A DNA stretch of 64,000 bases, taken from NCBI GenBank assembly GCA_963716395.1, contig OY970309.1, positions 3,232,001 through 3,296,000 of the forward strand, read 5' to 3'. This DNA is from an uncultured Fibrobacteria bacterium (GTDB lineage Bacteria > Fibrobacterota > Fibrobacteria > UBA11236). This document shows positions 39,860-50,265 of this stretch, piece by piece. The stretch's first letter is position 1. The number at the start of each line of letters is the position of its first letter. The position numbers and the translations under genes are program-made. The notes below the pieces were generated by a model. The model had not been told where the DNA came from. It saw only the letters and a list, made by a program, of their open reading frames with translations, and did not search any database.

Positions 39860-41842
39860 TCACAGGCGCCCCAGCAAATCAAAATCGATTTGGCCCGAGA
39901 AGGGATCGCTGCGCGCCACCTTGATCTTCACGCGCTGGCCCAGTTCGAAGCGGCGGCCAAAGCGACGGCCCACCAAGTGGCGGGTTTCCGCATCCAATTC
40001 GTAATAATCGTCGCGCATGCGCGCGACCGGAATCATGCCTTCGCCGAACGGGTTGGACACGGTCACGAATACCCCGAAACCCTCCACACCGCTGACCTCG
40101 CCGGAAAATTCGCGGCCCACGTATTGGCGGAACACCCAGGCCATGGCCACCTTCATGGCCTTGCGCTCCACTTTGAGCACTTCCAATTCGCGTTCCGACA
40201 CTTCGACGGCCACGGCCAGGGCGCGGCTGCGTTGCAGCCGCGACGGTTTTTGTTCGCGCAGATGCGCCTTCATCACGCGGTGGGTCCACAGGTCGGCGTA
40301 GCGGCGGATGGGCGAAGTGAAATGCGCGTAGTATTGCCAGCCCAAGGCGAAATGGCCCAAAGGCTCGGGCGCGTATTGCGCCTTTTTCATGCTTTGCAAC
40401 ACGCGGCGCTGCACGGCCGGCGGCAAAGCGCCCCGGCTGGGATCGAGCAGGCGCACGTAAAAATTCTGCACCGCGGGATTCAAATACCCCGCGGTGGTTC
40501 GCAAGTCGGCCAAGGTTTCGCGCAGCCGGCGATCCTGGGAAAGGGTGGGATGGGCGGACCACAATTCTTCCACCACCTCGAGATCGGGCTGCTCATGCAC
40601 ACGGAACAAGCCCGGCAGTTTATGACGATGCAGATAACGGGCCGTGGCCTGATTGGCCAGCAGCATGCATTCCTCGATCCAACCATGCGACGGCAGCCGC
40701 CGGCCCGGATAAATTCCGACCGGCTCGCGGTTGGCATCGAGTTCGACCTTGGGCTCGGCCAGGGAAAAATCGAGATAGCCTTCGTCTTTGCGCCGACGCA
40801 ACAGGGTCTCGGTGAATTCGCTGAGCCGATTGAGAAAGGGCTCGCCTTCTTCTTTCAAACCCTGGGCTTCTTCGTAGGAATAAAACCGCGCCACGCGCAG
40901 GAAGGTCTCCGCGAATTCGAAGCGCTGCAAAGCCCCGTCGCTTCCCACTTCGAGAAAACAGGAGAAGGCCAGGCGTTCGCGGCCTTCGAGTAAACTGCAC
41001 AGATCGGTGGAAAGGCGCGGCGGCAACATGGGCACCGCGGTCCAGGGAAGGTATTGGGTAAAGGCGCGGTGTGCGGCCTCTTCGTCCAGCGCGCCGTCTT
41101 GCGGCACGTATTCGCCCACGTCGGCGATATGCACCCCGAGCTTCCAGCGACCGTCGGGCAGACGTTCCAGCGACACGGCGTCGTCGTGGTCTTTGGCGTC
41201 GAGGGGATCGATGGTCACGATGTGCCATTCCCGCAAATCCAGGCGATGGCGATACTCCTCCCACACCGGCTCCGGCGGCAAGGCGGCCTGATGCAGGGCG
41301 CGCTTGGGATAGCCGTGCGGCAAGCCGCGATCCTTGAAAAACGCCTGGGCCACGTCGGAAAAAACCGCCGTCTGACGTACGCCCGTCAAAGTCTTCGCCG
41401 CCGGATACCCGAAGGGGCCTTTGCGGCCCAGCGGTTTCACCCAAACGCTTTGACCCGGCTTGGCGGCGCCGGCCTGGGATTTGGGCAAAACGAATTTCAC
41501 CTTGCGATGATCCGCCTCCACCACGGCGAACAGAAATTTTCCTTCGCGCACCACGCGGGCCCGCAAGGCGCCTTCGACCGGCGCTGCGGCGTCGGCGACG
41601 GTCGGTTTCGGCAGCTTCTCTTCCGGCGGGAGCGTGAAACGTCGGCCTTTCAAACGCTGCACGCGGCCCTCTGCGACCATGCGGCCTATCTGGCGCTTGA
41701 ACGCGATCTCCTCGACCGCCGCGGCGCATTCGGTCGCCAACTGCTTCCAGGTAACGGGTGCGCCGGCGCCGCGCAAATAGTTGATCACGGCGGTGGCCGT
41801 CGCCGGATCGTATGCGGGCGTTGAGGAGGCGGCGGGACTCAG
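39860..41842 (-). CDS. rnr: Ribonuclease R (RNB family); start uncertain (CTG 41842 or GTG 41788)
   Basis: N-terminal HTH-like segment, TIDPLDAKDHDDA, IEECMLLAN, HFTSPIRRYADL and C-terminal S1. Confidence 0.92.
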   Translation of the reverse strand: MSPAASSTPAYDPATATAVINYLRGAGAPVTWKQLATECAAAVEEIAFKRQIGRMVAEGRVQRLKGRRFTLPPEEKLPKPTVADAAAPVEGALRARVVREGKFLFAVVEADHRKVKFVLPKSQAGAAKPGQSVWVKPLGRKGPFGYPAAKTLTGVRQTAVFSDVAQAFFKDRGLPHGYPKRALHQAALPPEPVWEEYRHRLDLREWHIVTIDPLDAKDHDDAVSLERLPDGRWKLGVHIADVGEYVPQDGALDEEAAHRAFTQYLPWTAVPMLPPRLSTDLCSLLEGRERLAFSCFLEVGSDGALQRFEFAETFLRVARFYSYEEAQGLKEEGEPFLNRLSEFTETLLRRRKDEGYLDFSLAEPKVELDANREPVGIYPGRRLPSHGWIEECMLLANQATARYLHRHKLPGLFRVHEQPDLEVVEELWSAHPTLSQDRRLRETLADLRTTAGYLNPAVQNFYVRLLDPSRGALPPAVQRRVLQSMKKAQYAPEPLGHFALGWQYYAHFTSPIRRYADLWTHRVMKAHLREQKPSRLQRSRALAVAVEVSERELEVLKVERKAMKVAMAWVFRQYVGREFSGEVSGVEGFGVFVTVSNPFGEGMIPVARMRDDYYELDAETRHLVGRRFGRRFELGQRVKIKVARSDPFSGQIDFDLLGRL

Positions 41843-42165
41843 CGGTCGGCCTTGCCGCGTTCGTATTTGAGAATGGGATCGCACTTTCCGGGAAACTTGG
41901 CGGTGATTTTCTCCGCGCAACCGGTGGCCGTCAGGCTGGGACAGGTGACGCAGACGTGTTCGAACCACTCTTCGGAAATTCCCGGAGGCGGTTCGCCGGT
42001 GCGGCGCGGGCCGCCGGCTTCCAGATGGTCCAACTTGGACACGATGTTCTTGGCCATGCCCATCAATTGCTGCACGGCCTGGGGCGGAAGCTGCGCGCTG
42101 GCCTGTTGCAAGTAAAATTGCAGCGACTGGGCGATCAAGTCTTTTTCTTCTTCGGAAAGAGCCAT
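41839..42165 (-). CDS. Small hypothetical protein with a four-Cys cluster
   Basis: 108 aa; helical N-half then CVTCPSL...C...CDP; its stop overlaps the probable rnr start. Confidence 0.7.
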   Translation of the reverse strand: MALSEEEKDLIAQSLQFYLQQASAQLPPQAVQQLMGMAKNIVSKLDHLEAGGPRRTGEPPPGISEEWFEHVCVTCPSLTATGCAEKITAKFPGKCDPILKYERGKADR

Positions 42166-42214
42166 GGGGCAAATATAAATCCCGGCTCAGCGGGCGACCG
42201 GCGAAGCGCTGGCT

Positions 42215-44365
42215 TCAGGTCGGAACCGCAGAGGCCGGACTGCGGGTCAAGGCGGCTTGCAAGGCGGCCGCCAAATCGCCGACTCCGTGAAAACGGGGCA
42301 AGGTCACGGTGTCGACGGGAAGGCCCTGGCGCGGGGCTTTGGCCGGAATTCCTACAAAGACCGCCTTGATTTCCGGGCGCATGGCGCGCAGCACCGACAC
42401 CGTGTCGCGCCCATTGAGCACGGGTAATTCCCAGTCGACCAGGGCGGCGTCAAAGGCGGCTTGTTCGAGCTCGCGCACAGCGCTGGCGCCGTCGGGGCAG
42501 CCCGTCGGCTCGTATCCCAGATGTTGCAGCAAACGCAAGGCGGTTTCGCGCAAGGGGGCATCGGATTGCACCACCAAAATGCGCCCCTTGCCGGCGGCCG
42601 GCGGAGCGGAGGGCGTAGCTTGCAGGGTGGTGGAATCGGCGGCCGGGAAGGAAAGCCGGAAATAGCGGCCTTCGGAAGAGGCGGCTTCAAAGCCGAGGCC
42701 TCCGCATTGTTCGGCCAGTGCGCAAGCCACGGTCCAGCCCAGGGAGGTGGCGGCCGGCTCGACGACCGCGGCGGAATCGCCGCCACGCGCTTCCACGCGC
42801 AGATGCAGCCAGGTGCGCGGCGCTGCCGCATCGGAATCCGCGGCGCGCTCCAATTGCAAAACCAGCACGCCGCCCTGGCGCAACCCGGCGCGCGCATGCA
42901 GGATGAGATTCAGAACGGCCTGCTCCACCTGCACGCGGCTGGCGCGTACCGGCGCGGGCGCGCCGTCGGTGCGCAACAACAACGAAACCCCGGGGCCCAA
43001 CACCTTGCGGCATAACTCCACCGCTTCGCGGGCGGCGTCGCCGAGATCGAAACAGGCCGTGCCGTTCTCCGTCGGTACTTCTCCGGACAGGGCCAGAAGA
43101 CGTTGCAAGGCCGCGGCTGCGCGATCGGCGACCGCGCGCAAGGCGCCGATTTCGGCGCGCGGCGCTTCGCCCGCTTCGGCGCCGAGCGCTTCTTGCGCCA
43201 GCCAGATACGGCCTTGCGCGGCGGTCAGCAGGTTTTGCAATTCCTGCGCGGCGGCGGCCAGGAGCGAAGCCTGCAATTCCCGGCGCTGCGACAGCGACAG
43301 TTTCTGCCGCAATTCTTCGGCATGGGTCACGTCGTCGAGGCGCAAGGCCACTTCTCCGCGATCCGATCCGAACAGGGTGAACAGGCTGGCCCGCAGAAAA
43401 TATTGCTTGCCGTCGCGGCTGCGGTAGGGCCGCAAATCGAATTCCAGGCTGGCGCCCGGATCCATCTGCAGAATGCGGCGCAGGCCGTCGTCGACAAAGG
43501 AAAATTCCGGAAGCAGTTCCCACAGGACCCGGCCCAGGGCCTGGTCTTCGGTCAGGCCGAAAATCTCTTGGGCCTTGCCGTTCCACATGGCCACGGTGCC
43601 GAGCAGATCCATGCCGATAATGGCCGAAGGCATCGATTCGATCAGCGAGGAAAATTGATCGGTGAGATCGCGCACCTGTTCGGCCAATTGGGTTTGCTCG
43701 AGCATCGAGGCGGCGTAGCGGCACATCTCGCGGAACAACTCGCGTTCGAAGCGCGTCCAGGGAGCGAGTTGGCGCACGCGCTGGGCGCAGAACAGCGCAC
43801 GTCCGCCTTTGCCGGTTTCTACGGCGCAGGCCATGGCCGAACGGCAGCTCACGAAGCGCGCCAGCCCGAATTCGGCTTCCAGCGCCGCCTGGAATTCTTC
43901 CCGCAATTCAGTTTCGAAATGCGGTTCCGATTCGATTTTGACGGCATTGGGCCAGGTGCGTGCCACGGGATCGGTGCGGCGCAACGCATCGGCCAGAAAG
44001 CGGTGGTAGTCGTCGCTGGATGCGGGCGCGATCAGGTACGGCAGCGGCAGCCGGTGCACGCCCTGCTCGGCGGCTTCATGCGAGGCCGCGAAGGTCCAGC
44101 CCCCGGAGGCGTTTTCTTCGGCCACCACATAGCTTACGCGATCGGCGCGGAGCTCCAGCAGAAATTCTTCGACCATGACATCCATCACGTCGGCTTCGGA
44201 AAGCTGGCGCGTCAGGCGATCGACGAAGCGCCACAGGCGATCCATGCTCTCGGCGCGCAGCGTATGGGCCAATTCCCGGATCTCCAAACCGGCTTGGCGT
44301 CGCAACACGGGCAGCAGGGCCGCGGATAAGGACGGGTCGGGCTGCGGATCGGGGTCGGAAGGCAT
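42215..44365 (-). CDS. GAF-PAS-(HisKA/HATPase)-REC hybrid sensor with a degenerate kinase core
   Basis: PAS 'LIESMPSAIIGMDLLGTVAMWNGKAQEIFG'; H-box-like 'AAAAQELQNLLTA'; 'QVEQAVLNLIL'; REC 'DAALVDWELPVLNG'. Confidence 0.8.
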   Translation of the reverse strand: MPSDPDPQPDPSLSAALLPVLRRQAGLEIRELAHTLRAESMDRLWRFVDRLTRQLSEADVMDVMVEEFLLELRADRVSYVVAEENASGGWTFAASHEAAEQGVHRLPLPYLIAPASSDDYHRFLADALRRTDPVARTWPNAVKIESEPHFETELREEFQAALEAEFGLARFVSCRSAMACAVETGKGGRALFCAQRVRQLAPWTRFERELFREMCRYAASMLEQTQLAEQVRDLTDQFSSLIESMPSAIIGMDLLGTVAMWNGKAQEIFGLTEDQALGRVLWELLPEFSFVDDGLRRILQMDPGASLEFDLRPYRSRDGKQYFLRASLFTLFGSDRGEVALRLDDVTHAEELRQKLSLSQRRELQASLLAAAAQELQNLLTAAQGRIWLAQEALGAEAGEAPRAEIGALRAVADRAAAALQRLLALSGEVPTENGTACFDLGDAAREAVELCRKVLGPGVSLLLRTDGAPAPVRASRVQVEQAVLNLILHARAGLRQGGVLVLQLERAADSDAAAPRTWLHLRVEARGGDSAAVVEPAATSLGWTVACALAEQCGGLGFEAASSEGRYFRLSFPAADSTTLQATPSAPPAAGKGRILVVQSDAPLRETALRLLQHLGYEPTGCPDGASAVRELEQAAFDAALVDWELPVLNGRDTVSVLRAMRPEIKAVFVGIPAKAPRQGLPVDTVTLPRFHGVGDLAAALQAALTRSPASAVPT

Positions 44366-44471
44366 GCGGGCAAACGTAGCAAAGCCGTTTTGCGCCTTCG
44401 CCTTGAGGCCGCGCGCTGAAAGCCGCGATCAAATTGATTACAATTCTTTTCGGCCCCATTTCCCCTCCACG

Positions 44472-45701
44472 ATGCACATTACCTTATTGACCAATGAGTA
44501 TCCGCCCCACGTGTACGGCGGGGCCGGCGTCCACGTCGAGTACCTGAGCCGTTCCCTGGCCGCTCTTTGGCCCGGCACCCACCGCATCGAGGTGCTGAGT
44601 TTCGGATCCCAGCGTGTTTCCGAAGGTGACCTACAGGTTACGGGAGTCGAACCCGATTTCACCCTGCCCAGTCAGAACGACCGCCATGCCAAACTGATGG
44701 ATACCCTGGCGCGCGATCTGCTCATGGCGGGCCGCGTGTGCGACGCCGAGGTCGTGCATTGCCACACCTGGTACACGCATTTCGCCGGCTGCCTCTTGCA
44801 GAAGCTGCTCGATATTCCCCTGGTGCTCACCACGCATTCGCTGGAGCCGCACCGTCCCTGGAAGGCCGAACAGCTCGGCCGCGCCTACGAGGTCTCCACC
44901 TGGCTCGAACACAACGCCTACCGCGCCGCCGACGGCGTGGTGGCCGTGTCGCAGGCCATGCGGCGCGACGTACGCGATCTCTATGGCGTTCCCGACGACC
45001 GCATTCGTGTCATTCCCAACGGCATCGACACCGACGAATTCCAGCCGCGCCGCCACGCGGAAACGCTGCGGAGCTACGGCGTTGATCCCGATCGACCCCT
45101 GGTCCTGTTCGTGGGACGCATCACCCGGCAAAAAGGCGTGCTGCATCTGTTGCGCGCCGTGCCGCATCTGCCGGCCGGGGTGCAAATCGTGCTGTGCGCC
45201 GGCATGCCCGACACCCGGGATATCGGCGCGGAGATGGAAGAGCGCGTGCGTGCTTTGCAGGCGCAGGGCAAGCATTCCGTCCATTGGATTCGCAAAATGC
45301 TGCCGCGCGCGGATCTCATCGCCTTTTACTCGCAGGCCACCCTCTTCGTTTGTCCTTCGGTCTACGAACCCTTCGGCATCATCAACCTCGAAGCCATGGC
45401 CTGCGGTGTGCCGGTGGTGGCCTCGAAGGTGGGCGGTATTCCCGAAGTGGTCGTCGACGGCGCCACCGGAATTCTGGTCGACGTCGACCCCGTGGGCGGG
45501 GAGAATTTTGAACCCCGGGATCCCGAGGCCTTTGCGCGCCGGCTGGCAGCGGCGGCGACGGAACTGCTGCAAAATCCCGATCGCGCCCGCGCCTTCGGCG
45601 GGGCGGCGCGGCAGCGGGTCGAAGCGCGATTTTCTTGGGAACACGTGGCGGCCGAAACCCTTTCCTTTTACCAAGAACTGAGAGCGCGACATGCCGACTA
45701 A
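44472..45701 (+). CDS. glgM: GlgM-type (actinobacterial 'glgA') alpha-maltose-1-phosphate synthase, GT4
   Basis: [48 protein letters not shown] and [14 protein letters not shown]. Confidence 0.88.
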   Translation: MHITLLTNEYPPHVYGGAGVHVEYLSRSLAALWPGTHRIEVLSFGSQRVSEGDLQVTGVEPDFTLPSQNDRHAKLMDTLARDLLMAGRVCDAEVVHCHTWYTHFAGCLLQKLLDIPLVLTTHSLEPHRPWKAEQLGRAYEVSTWLEHNAYRAADGVVAVSQAMRRDVRDLYGVPDDRIRVIPNGIDTDEFQPRRHAETLRSYGVDPDRPLVLFVGRITRQKGVLHLLRAVPHLPAGVQIVLCAGMPDTRDIGAEMEERVRALQAQGKHSVHWIRKMLPRADLIAFYSQATLFVCPSVYEPFGIINLEAMACGVPVVASKVGGIPEVVVDGATGILVDVDPVGGENFEPRDPEAFARRLAAAATELLQNPDRARAFGGAARQRVEARFSWEHVAAETLSFYQELRARHAD

Positions 45702-47475
45702 AAAATCCCGCCCGGCCCCCAAGCCCGAGCCCGACGCCTTCGCCGCCATTCCCACCTTCCATGCCGTGGTGGAAAACCTCGCCCCCGCGGTGGACGGCGG
45801 CCGCTTTCCCGTCAAGGCCGTAGCCGGAGAAACCCTCGAAGTCACAGCCGATATCTTTCGTGACGGACATGAAAAATGCGTCGCGGATCTGCTCTACCGC
45901 CGCCGCGGCGCCAAGGATTGGAAACGCGCGCCCATGCGCTTCGTCGACAACGACGCCTGGGCCGGATCGTTCCCGGTGGACGCCTTGGGCGAATGGGAGT
46001 TCACCGTCGAAGCACGCACGGCCCGACGCCCCGGCGACGAACCCTATGTCGCCTTCGAAAAGCCCTACCGGCACCCCGAATGCGGCCGGGTGCGGGTCGA
46101 TTCCCCGGTGACGGAATACAGCGCGTGGTACGAAATGTTCGCGCGCTCGCAAGGCACGGTGCCGGGGCGCAGCGCGACCTTCGCCGACATGGAGCGGCGC
46201 CTGCCCGAAATCCGCGATTTGGGATTCGACGTCATTTACCTGCCGCCCATCCACCCCATCGGCATGACCAAGCGCAAGGGCAAAAACAACGCCGTCAAGG
46301 CCCAGCCCGGCGAACCCGGCAGCCCTTATGCCATCGGCAGCCGCCAGGGCGGACACAAGGCCGTGCATCCCGAACTCGGCACCGTGGCCGAATGCCGCCG
46401 CTTCTTTCAAAGCTGCCGCAAGCTGGGATTCGCCGTGGCGCTGGATTACGCCCTCAATTGCTCGCCCGATCACCCTTATGCGCGCCAGCATCCCGACTGG
46501 TTCTACCGCGAAGCCGACGGCACCATCCGCTGCGCCGAAAATCCGCCCAAGCGCTACGAAGACATCTATCCGCTTAATCTTTTCTGCGCCGATCGGGCCG
46601 GCCTCTGGCGCGAACTCAAATCGATACTCGACTTCTGGATCAAGATGGGCGTCACGATTTTTCGGGTCGACAATCCCCACACCAAACCCTTCGCGTTCTG
46701 GCAATGGCTGATCGCCGAGGTCAAAGCCGCCCGGCCCGACGTGGTGTTCCTGGCCGAAGCGTTCACCCGGCCCAAGGTCATGCAACGACTGGCCAAAATC
46801 GGCTTCGACATGTCGTACACCTATTTCACCTGGCGGGTCACCGCGGCCGAGTTGCGCGCCTACGGCGAGGAATTGTGCCAACAGGAACCATCCCGCTTCA
46901 TGAAGCCGATATTCTTTCCCACCACGCCCGACATTCTGCCCCTGCATTTGCAGAACGCGCCGCCCGCCGCCTTCGAAATCCGCTTCGCGCTGGCCTGCAC
47001 CATGGTCGGGGCCTACGGCATGTACAACGGCTACGAATTGTGCGAAAACGTTCCCATGGAGGGCAAAGAGGAGTTCCTGAACTCGGAGAAATACGAGTAC
47101 AAGGTCTGGGATTGGAACCGGCCTGGGAATATCAAAGACTTCATCCGCTTTCTGAATCGCCTCCGTCGCGAACATCCGGCCCTGCAACATTTGAAAAACA
47201 TCGCTTTCCACGCTTGCGATAATCCGAACATCCTGGCCTACTCCAAGGCCCAGGACGAAGATGTGTTGCTCTTCGTTGTCAACCTCGACCCCCTGCACCG
47301 CCAAAGCGGTTTCGTGCAATTGAACCGCCATCCCCTCCGGGTGGCGTTCGAAAGCATCTACGGGGTGCATGATTTGGTTTCGGGCGAAAGCTACGCCTGG
47401 TCGGGAGATCGCAATTATGTCGATCTGCATCCCGACAAGGCGGTCTTGCACATTTTCAAAGTGGAACGTTTCTGA
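45691..47475 (+). CDS. glgE: Alpha-1,4-glucan:maltose-1-phosphate maltosyltransferase GlgE (GH13_3), short form
   Basis: DIFRDGH, SAWYEMF, YLPPIHPIG, AENPPKRYEDIYP, FRVDNPHTKP, LAEAFT, TPDIL and NSEKYE. Confidence 0.93.
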   Translation: MPTKKSRPAPKPEPDAFAAIPTFHAVVENLAPAVDGGRFPVKAVAGETLEVTADIFRDGHEKCVADLLYRRRGAKDWKRAPMRFVDNDAWAGSFPVDALGEWEFTVEARTARRPGDEPYVAFEKPYRHPECGRVRVDSPVTEYSAWYEMFARSQGTVPGRSATFADMERRLPEIRDLGFDVIYLPPIHPIGMTKRKGKNNAVKAQPGEPGSPYAIGSRQGGHKAVHPELGTVAECRRFFQSCRKLGFAVALDYALNCSPDHPYARQHPDWFYREADGTIRCAENPPKRYEDIYPLNLFCADRAGLWRELKSILDFWIKMGVTIFRVDNPHTKPFAFWQWLIAEVKAARPDVVFLAEAFTRPKVMQRLAKIGFDMSYTYFTWRVTAAELRAYGEELCQQEPSRFMKPIFFPTTPDILPLHLQNAPPAAFEIRFALACTMVGAYGMYNGYELCENVPMEGKEEFLNSEKYEYKVWDWNRPGNIKDFIRFLNRLRREHPALQHLKNIAFHACDNPNILAYSKAQDEDVLLFVVNLDPLHRQSGFVQLNRHPLRVAFESIYGVHDLVSGESYAWSGDRNYVDLHPDKAVLHIFKVERF

Positions 47476-47612
47476 TTCACGCCGGCGGGTCTGGCCGCCG
47501 GCAGCGCCGTAATTCCGGCCTCGGGGCCGGCGTGACGCCGATCCCACATCGATTCCCCACCACCTGCCCCGCGCGGGTGTTCATATATTAGAGCCAAAGA
47601 AGGGGGCAACCC

Positions 47613-47903
47613 ATGCCGGCGCGCGAAATGAAGGTTGATTGTCCCTGTTGCAAGGCCAAACTCGTGATCGATCCCGACAGCGGCGGAGTGCTTCAGGCCG
47701 TGCCGCACAAAGAGGCGCCCCCGAGTTTGCAGGACTTTCTGAAATCCGACAAGCGACGCGCCCAGGATTTGGAGGAGAAGTTCTCGGAGTCGCGGCGCCA
47801 GGAAGATTCGCGTCTCGATTTATTGAACAAGAAATTCGAATGGGCCAAAAAAAACAAAGACAAGCTGCCCGAGGCTCCGCGGCCCGGCATCCAATGGGAT
47901 TGA
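47613..47903 (+). CDS. Small zinc-ribbon/coiled-coil hypothetical protein
   Basis: VDCPCCKAKLVIDPDSGGVL followed by a charged helix; GAAGGGGG RBS. Confidence 0.75.
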   Translation: MPAREMKVDCPCCKAKLVIDPDSGGVLQAVPHKEAPPSLQDFLKSDKRRAQDLEEKFSESRRQEDSRLDLLNKKFEWAKKNKDKLPEAPRPGIQWD

Positions 47904-47951
47904 CACGGGACCTTCGCTCCCGGAGTTCACGCCAAGAATCGGATTCTCGCC

Positions 47952-50219
47952 ATGTCGGATATTACCACGGCTTTCGAAATCATCCGCACCGTGACGCGCG
48001 CCATGCTGGAGTCGCGCGCCACCCAGCCGGCACTCGACGCCATCGTGCGTTCGATCTCGGAAAAGATGCACGTGGAGGTGTGTTCGATTTATCTGCACGA
48101 TCCGGAAACCGATACCTTGCATTTGGCCGCCAGCCACGGCCTGAGTCCCGAAGCCGTGCCCGCGGGCGTAACCCTGCGCGCCGACGAAGGCTTGACCGGA
48201 TCGGTGTACTCCGGCGGCGAAGTGATCAATATCGCGAATCCCCACCAGGATCCGCGCTATAAGTTTTTTCCCGATTTGGGGGAAGACCGCCTCAATAATT
48301 TCCTGGGACTTCCCATTCCGCCGGGCAAGACGCACGGGCGGGGCGTGCTCATTCTGCAATCCACCCAATCCCATCCCTTCAATCCCACCACGGAGGACTT
48401 GGCTTTTACCCTGGCGGCGCAGGTGGGCACCTTGCTCGATACCCAGGGCGTGCCCGCGGGCGAGGCCGCTCCCGCCGCGGCCGCGCCGCCTTTTCTCCGC
48501 GCCCAGGTGGCGTTCGGCGGCATCGCCGACGGACCGGTGCACCTGCTGCCCACCCAACAGGTGTGGGAAAACATTCTGTTCAGCGAATGCGAAAACGTGG
48601 CCGAGGAATTGAAGATGCTCGAAGAAGCGGTGGCGTTGGCGCGCGGTGAAACGCGCTGGCTCCGGCGCCGGGCCGCCGAAATTTTCGCCGAGATGGATGC
48701 GCGCATCTTCGACGCCCATGATCTGTATTTGCAGGACGAGCATTACCTGGGCCTGATCGAAAGCCATATCCGCGAAAAAAAATCCGCGGCGTTCGCGGTC
48801 AAGCTGGCCACGCGCGAATTGAGCCGCAGCTTTCTCGACTCGGGGAATACCCATTTGATCGAGCGGGCGGCCGACGTGCGCGACGTGGGTTTGCGTTTGC
48901 TCAACTCCCTGGGCGAAGCCCGCGAACATTACCAGCCCCAACCCGAAACCGACTCGGGCGTCATCGTGGCGGCGCATGAGCTGCTGCCTTCGGACCTGGT
49001 GTATCTGCAATCCCGCAAGTTGCTGGGCATTCTGTGTGAAACCGGCGGCAGCACTTCGCATGCGGCCATTCTGGCCCGATCGCTGGACATCCCCTGCTTC
49101 ATGGGAATTCCGGGTCTGACCCAGCTCGTGCATCCGGGCACGCGCGTCATCATGGACGGCCACTCCGGCCTGATTTACCTCCACCCCGACGAGCACGTGG
49201 CGCGCGAATACCAGCGCCTGCAGGCGTCGTTTCAGACGCGGCGCGTGGTGCCGCCGCCGGCCGAAGACCGCACCGCCGACGGGAGCGCCGTGCAGCTTTC
49301 GGGAAACATCTCGCTGCTTTCGGATTTGCAGCTCATGAAGCGCTACGGTATCAAAGGCGTGGGGCTGTACCGCTCGGAGTTCTTCTTCATGATCCGCAAT
49401 TCCTTTCCCGACGAAGAAGTGCAATACGGCGTCTACAAGCAGGTGATGGAACGGGCCGGGGATTTCGGGGTCACCTTTCGCCTGCTCGATGTGGGCGGCG
49501 ACAAGCCGCTGAAATACTTCGACTGGGGCAAAGAGGAAAATCCCAATCTGGGCTGGCGATCCATCCGCATGCTGCTGGAACGCCCCGACATTCTGCGCCC
49601 GCACCTGCGGGCCCTGCTGCGGGCCGCACAATTAGGGCAAATGCGTTTGGTCATTCCCATGGTTTCGACCTTGGGCGAAGTGCGCGCCATCAAGGAGCAC
49701 CTGCAAACCGCGCGGGTGGAGTTAGAAGCCGAGCACGGCGTCAAGCTGCGTCTGCCGCCGGTGGGCATCATGGTGGAAATTCCCTCCACCGTGCTGCAAA
49801 TCGAAGGCTTTCTGTACGAATCGGATTTCATCTGCCTGGGCACCAATGATTTGATCCAATACCTATTCGCCATCGACCGCGGCAACGAACGCGTGGCCGC
49901 CTACCACCACCCCTTCCATCCTGCCCTGCTGCAAGCGCTCAAGCACGTGTCCGATGCGGCCAAGAACGCCGGCAAACCCGTGACCGTCTGCGGAGAAATG
50001 GCGTCCGACGCGCGGGCGCTGACCTTGTTGCTGGGCCTGGGCCTGACTTCGCTCAGCATTGCGCCGGGAGCGGCCGACGGTGTGCGGGCCACCCTGGCGC
50101 AGGTCAATATGGGCGAATGCCGGCGTTTGGTGCGGCGGGTGTTGACCATGGCCACCGAAGAGGACGTGCGCGCCGAAGTCGAGGCTTTTTTGCCGGAGCC
50201 GGCCGCGCGCCAAGGCTAA
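47952..50219 (+). CDS. ptsP: PEP-protein phosphotransferase with N-terminal GAF (EI-Ntr)
   Basis: GAF domain, GGSTSHAAILARS, GVGLYRSEF, DVGGDK, EENPNLGWR, GTNDLIQY and CGEMA. Confidence 0.93.
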   Translation: MSDITTAFEIIRTVTRAMLESRATQPALDAIVRSISEKMHVEVCSIYLHDPETDTLHLAASHGLSPEAVPAGVTLRADEGLTGSVYSGGEVINIANPHQDPRYKFFPDLGEDRLNNFLGLPIPPGKTHGRGVLILQSTQSHPFNPTTEDLAFTLAAQVGTLLDTQGVPAGEAAPAAAAPPFLRAQVAFGGIADGPVHLLPTQQVWENILFSECENVAEELKMLEEAVALARGETRWLRRRAAEIFAEMDARIFDAHDLYLQDEHYLGLIESHIREKKSAAFAVKLATRELSRSFLDSGNTHLIERAADVRDVGLRLLNSLGEAREHYQPQPETDSGVIVAAHELLPSDLVYLQSRKLLGILCETGGSTSHAAILARSLDIPCFMGIPGLTQLVHPGTRVIMDGHSGLIYLHPDEHVAREYQRLQASFQTRRVVPPPAEDRTADGSAVQLSGNISLLSDLQLMKRYGIKGVGLYRSEFFFMIRNSFPDEEVQYGVYKQVMERAGDFGVTFRLLDVGGDKPLKYFDWGKEENPNLGWRSIRMLLERPDILRPHLRALLRAAQLGQMRLVIPMVSTLGEVRAIKEHLQTARVELEAEHGVKLRLPPVGIMVEIPSTVLQIEGFLYESDFICLGTNDLIQYLFAIDRGNERVAAYHHPFHPALLQALKHVSDAAKNAGKPVTVCGEMASDARALTLLLGLGLTSLSIAPGAADGVRATLAQVNMGECRRLVRRVLTMATEEDVRAEVEAFLPEPAARQG

Positions 50220-50265
50220 ATAGCGAATCGAGTACGGTCGACCGGGCGCGATCGCGGAACGCGAT

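Noticed and set aside
47477-47535. Nested GC-rich stems after glgE as a possible ncRNA
   Set aside because: No family motif or second copy; could be a simple terminator or stabiliser and cannot be supported further.
24886-49631. Long antisense ORFs (24886-26805, 27307-29124, 45382-47547, 47820-49631 and similar)
   Set aside because: They are shadow frames opposite tkt, ftsH, glgE and ptsP, expected from high-GC codon bias, and have no protein motifs.
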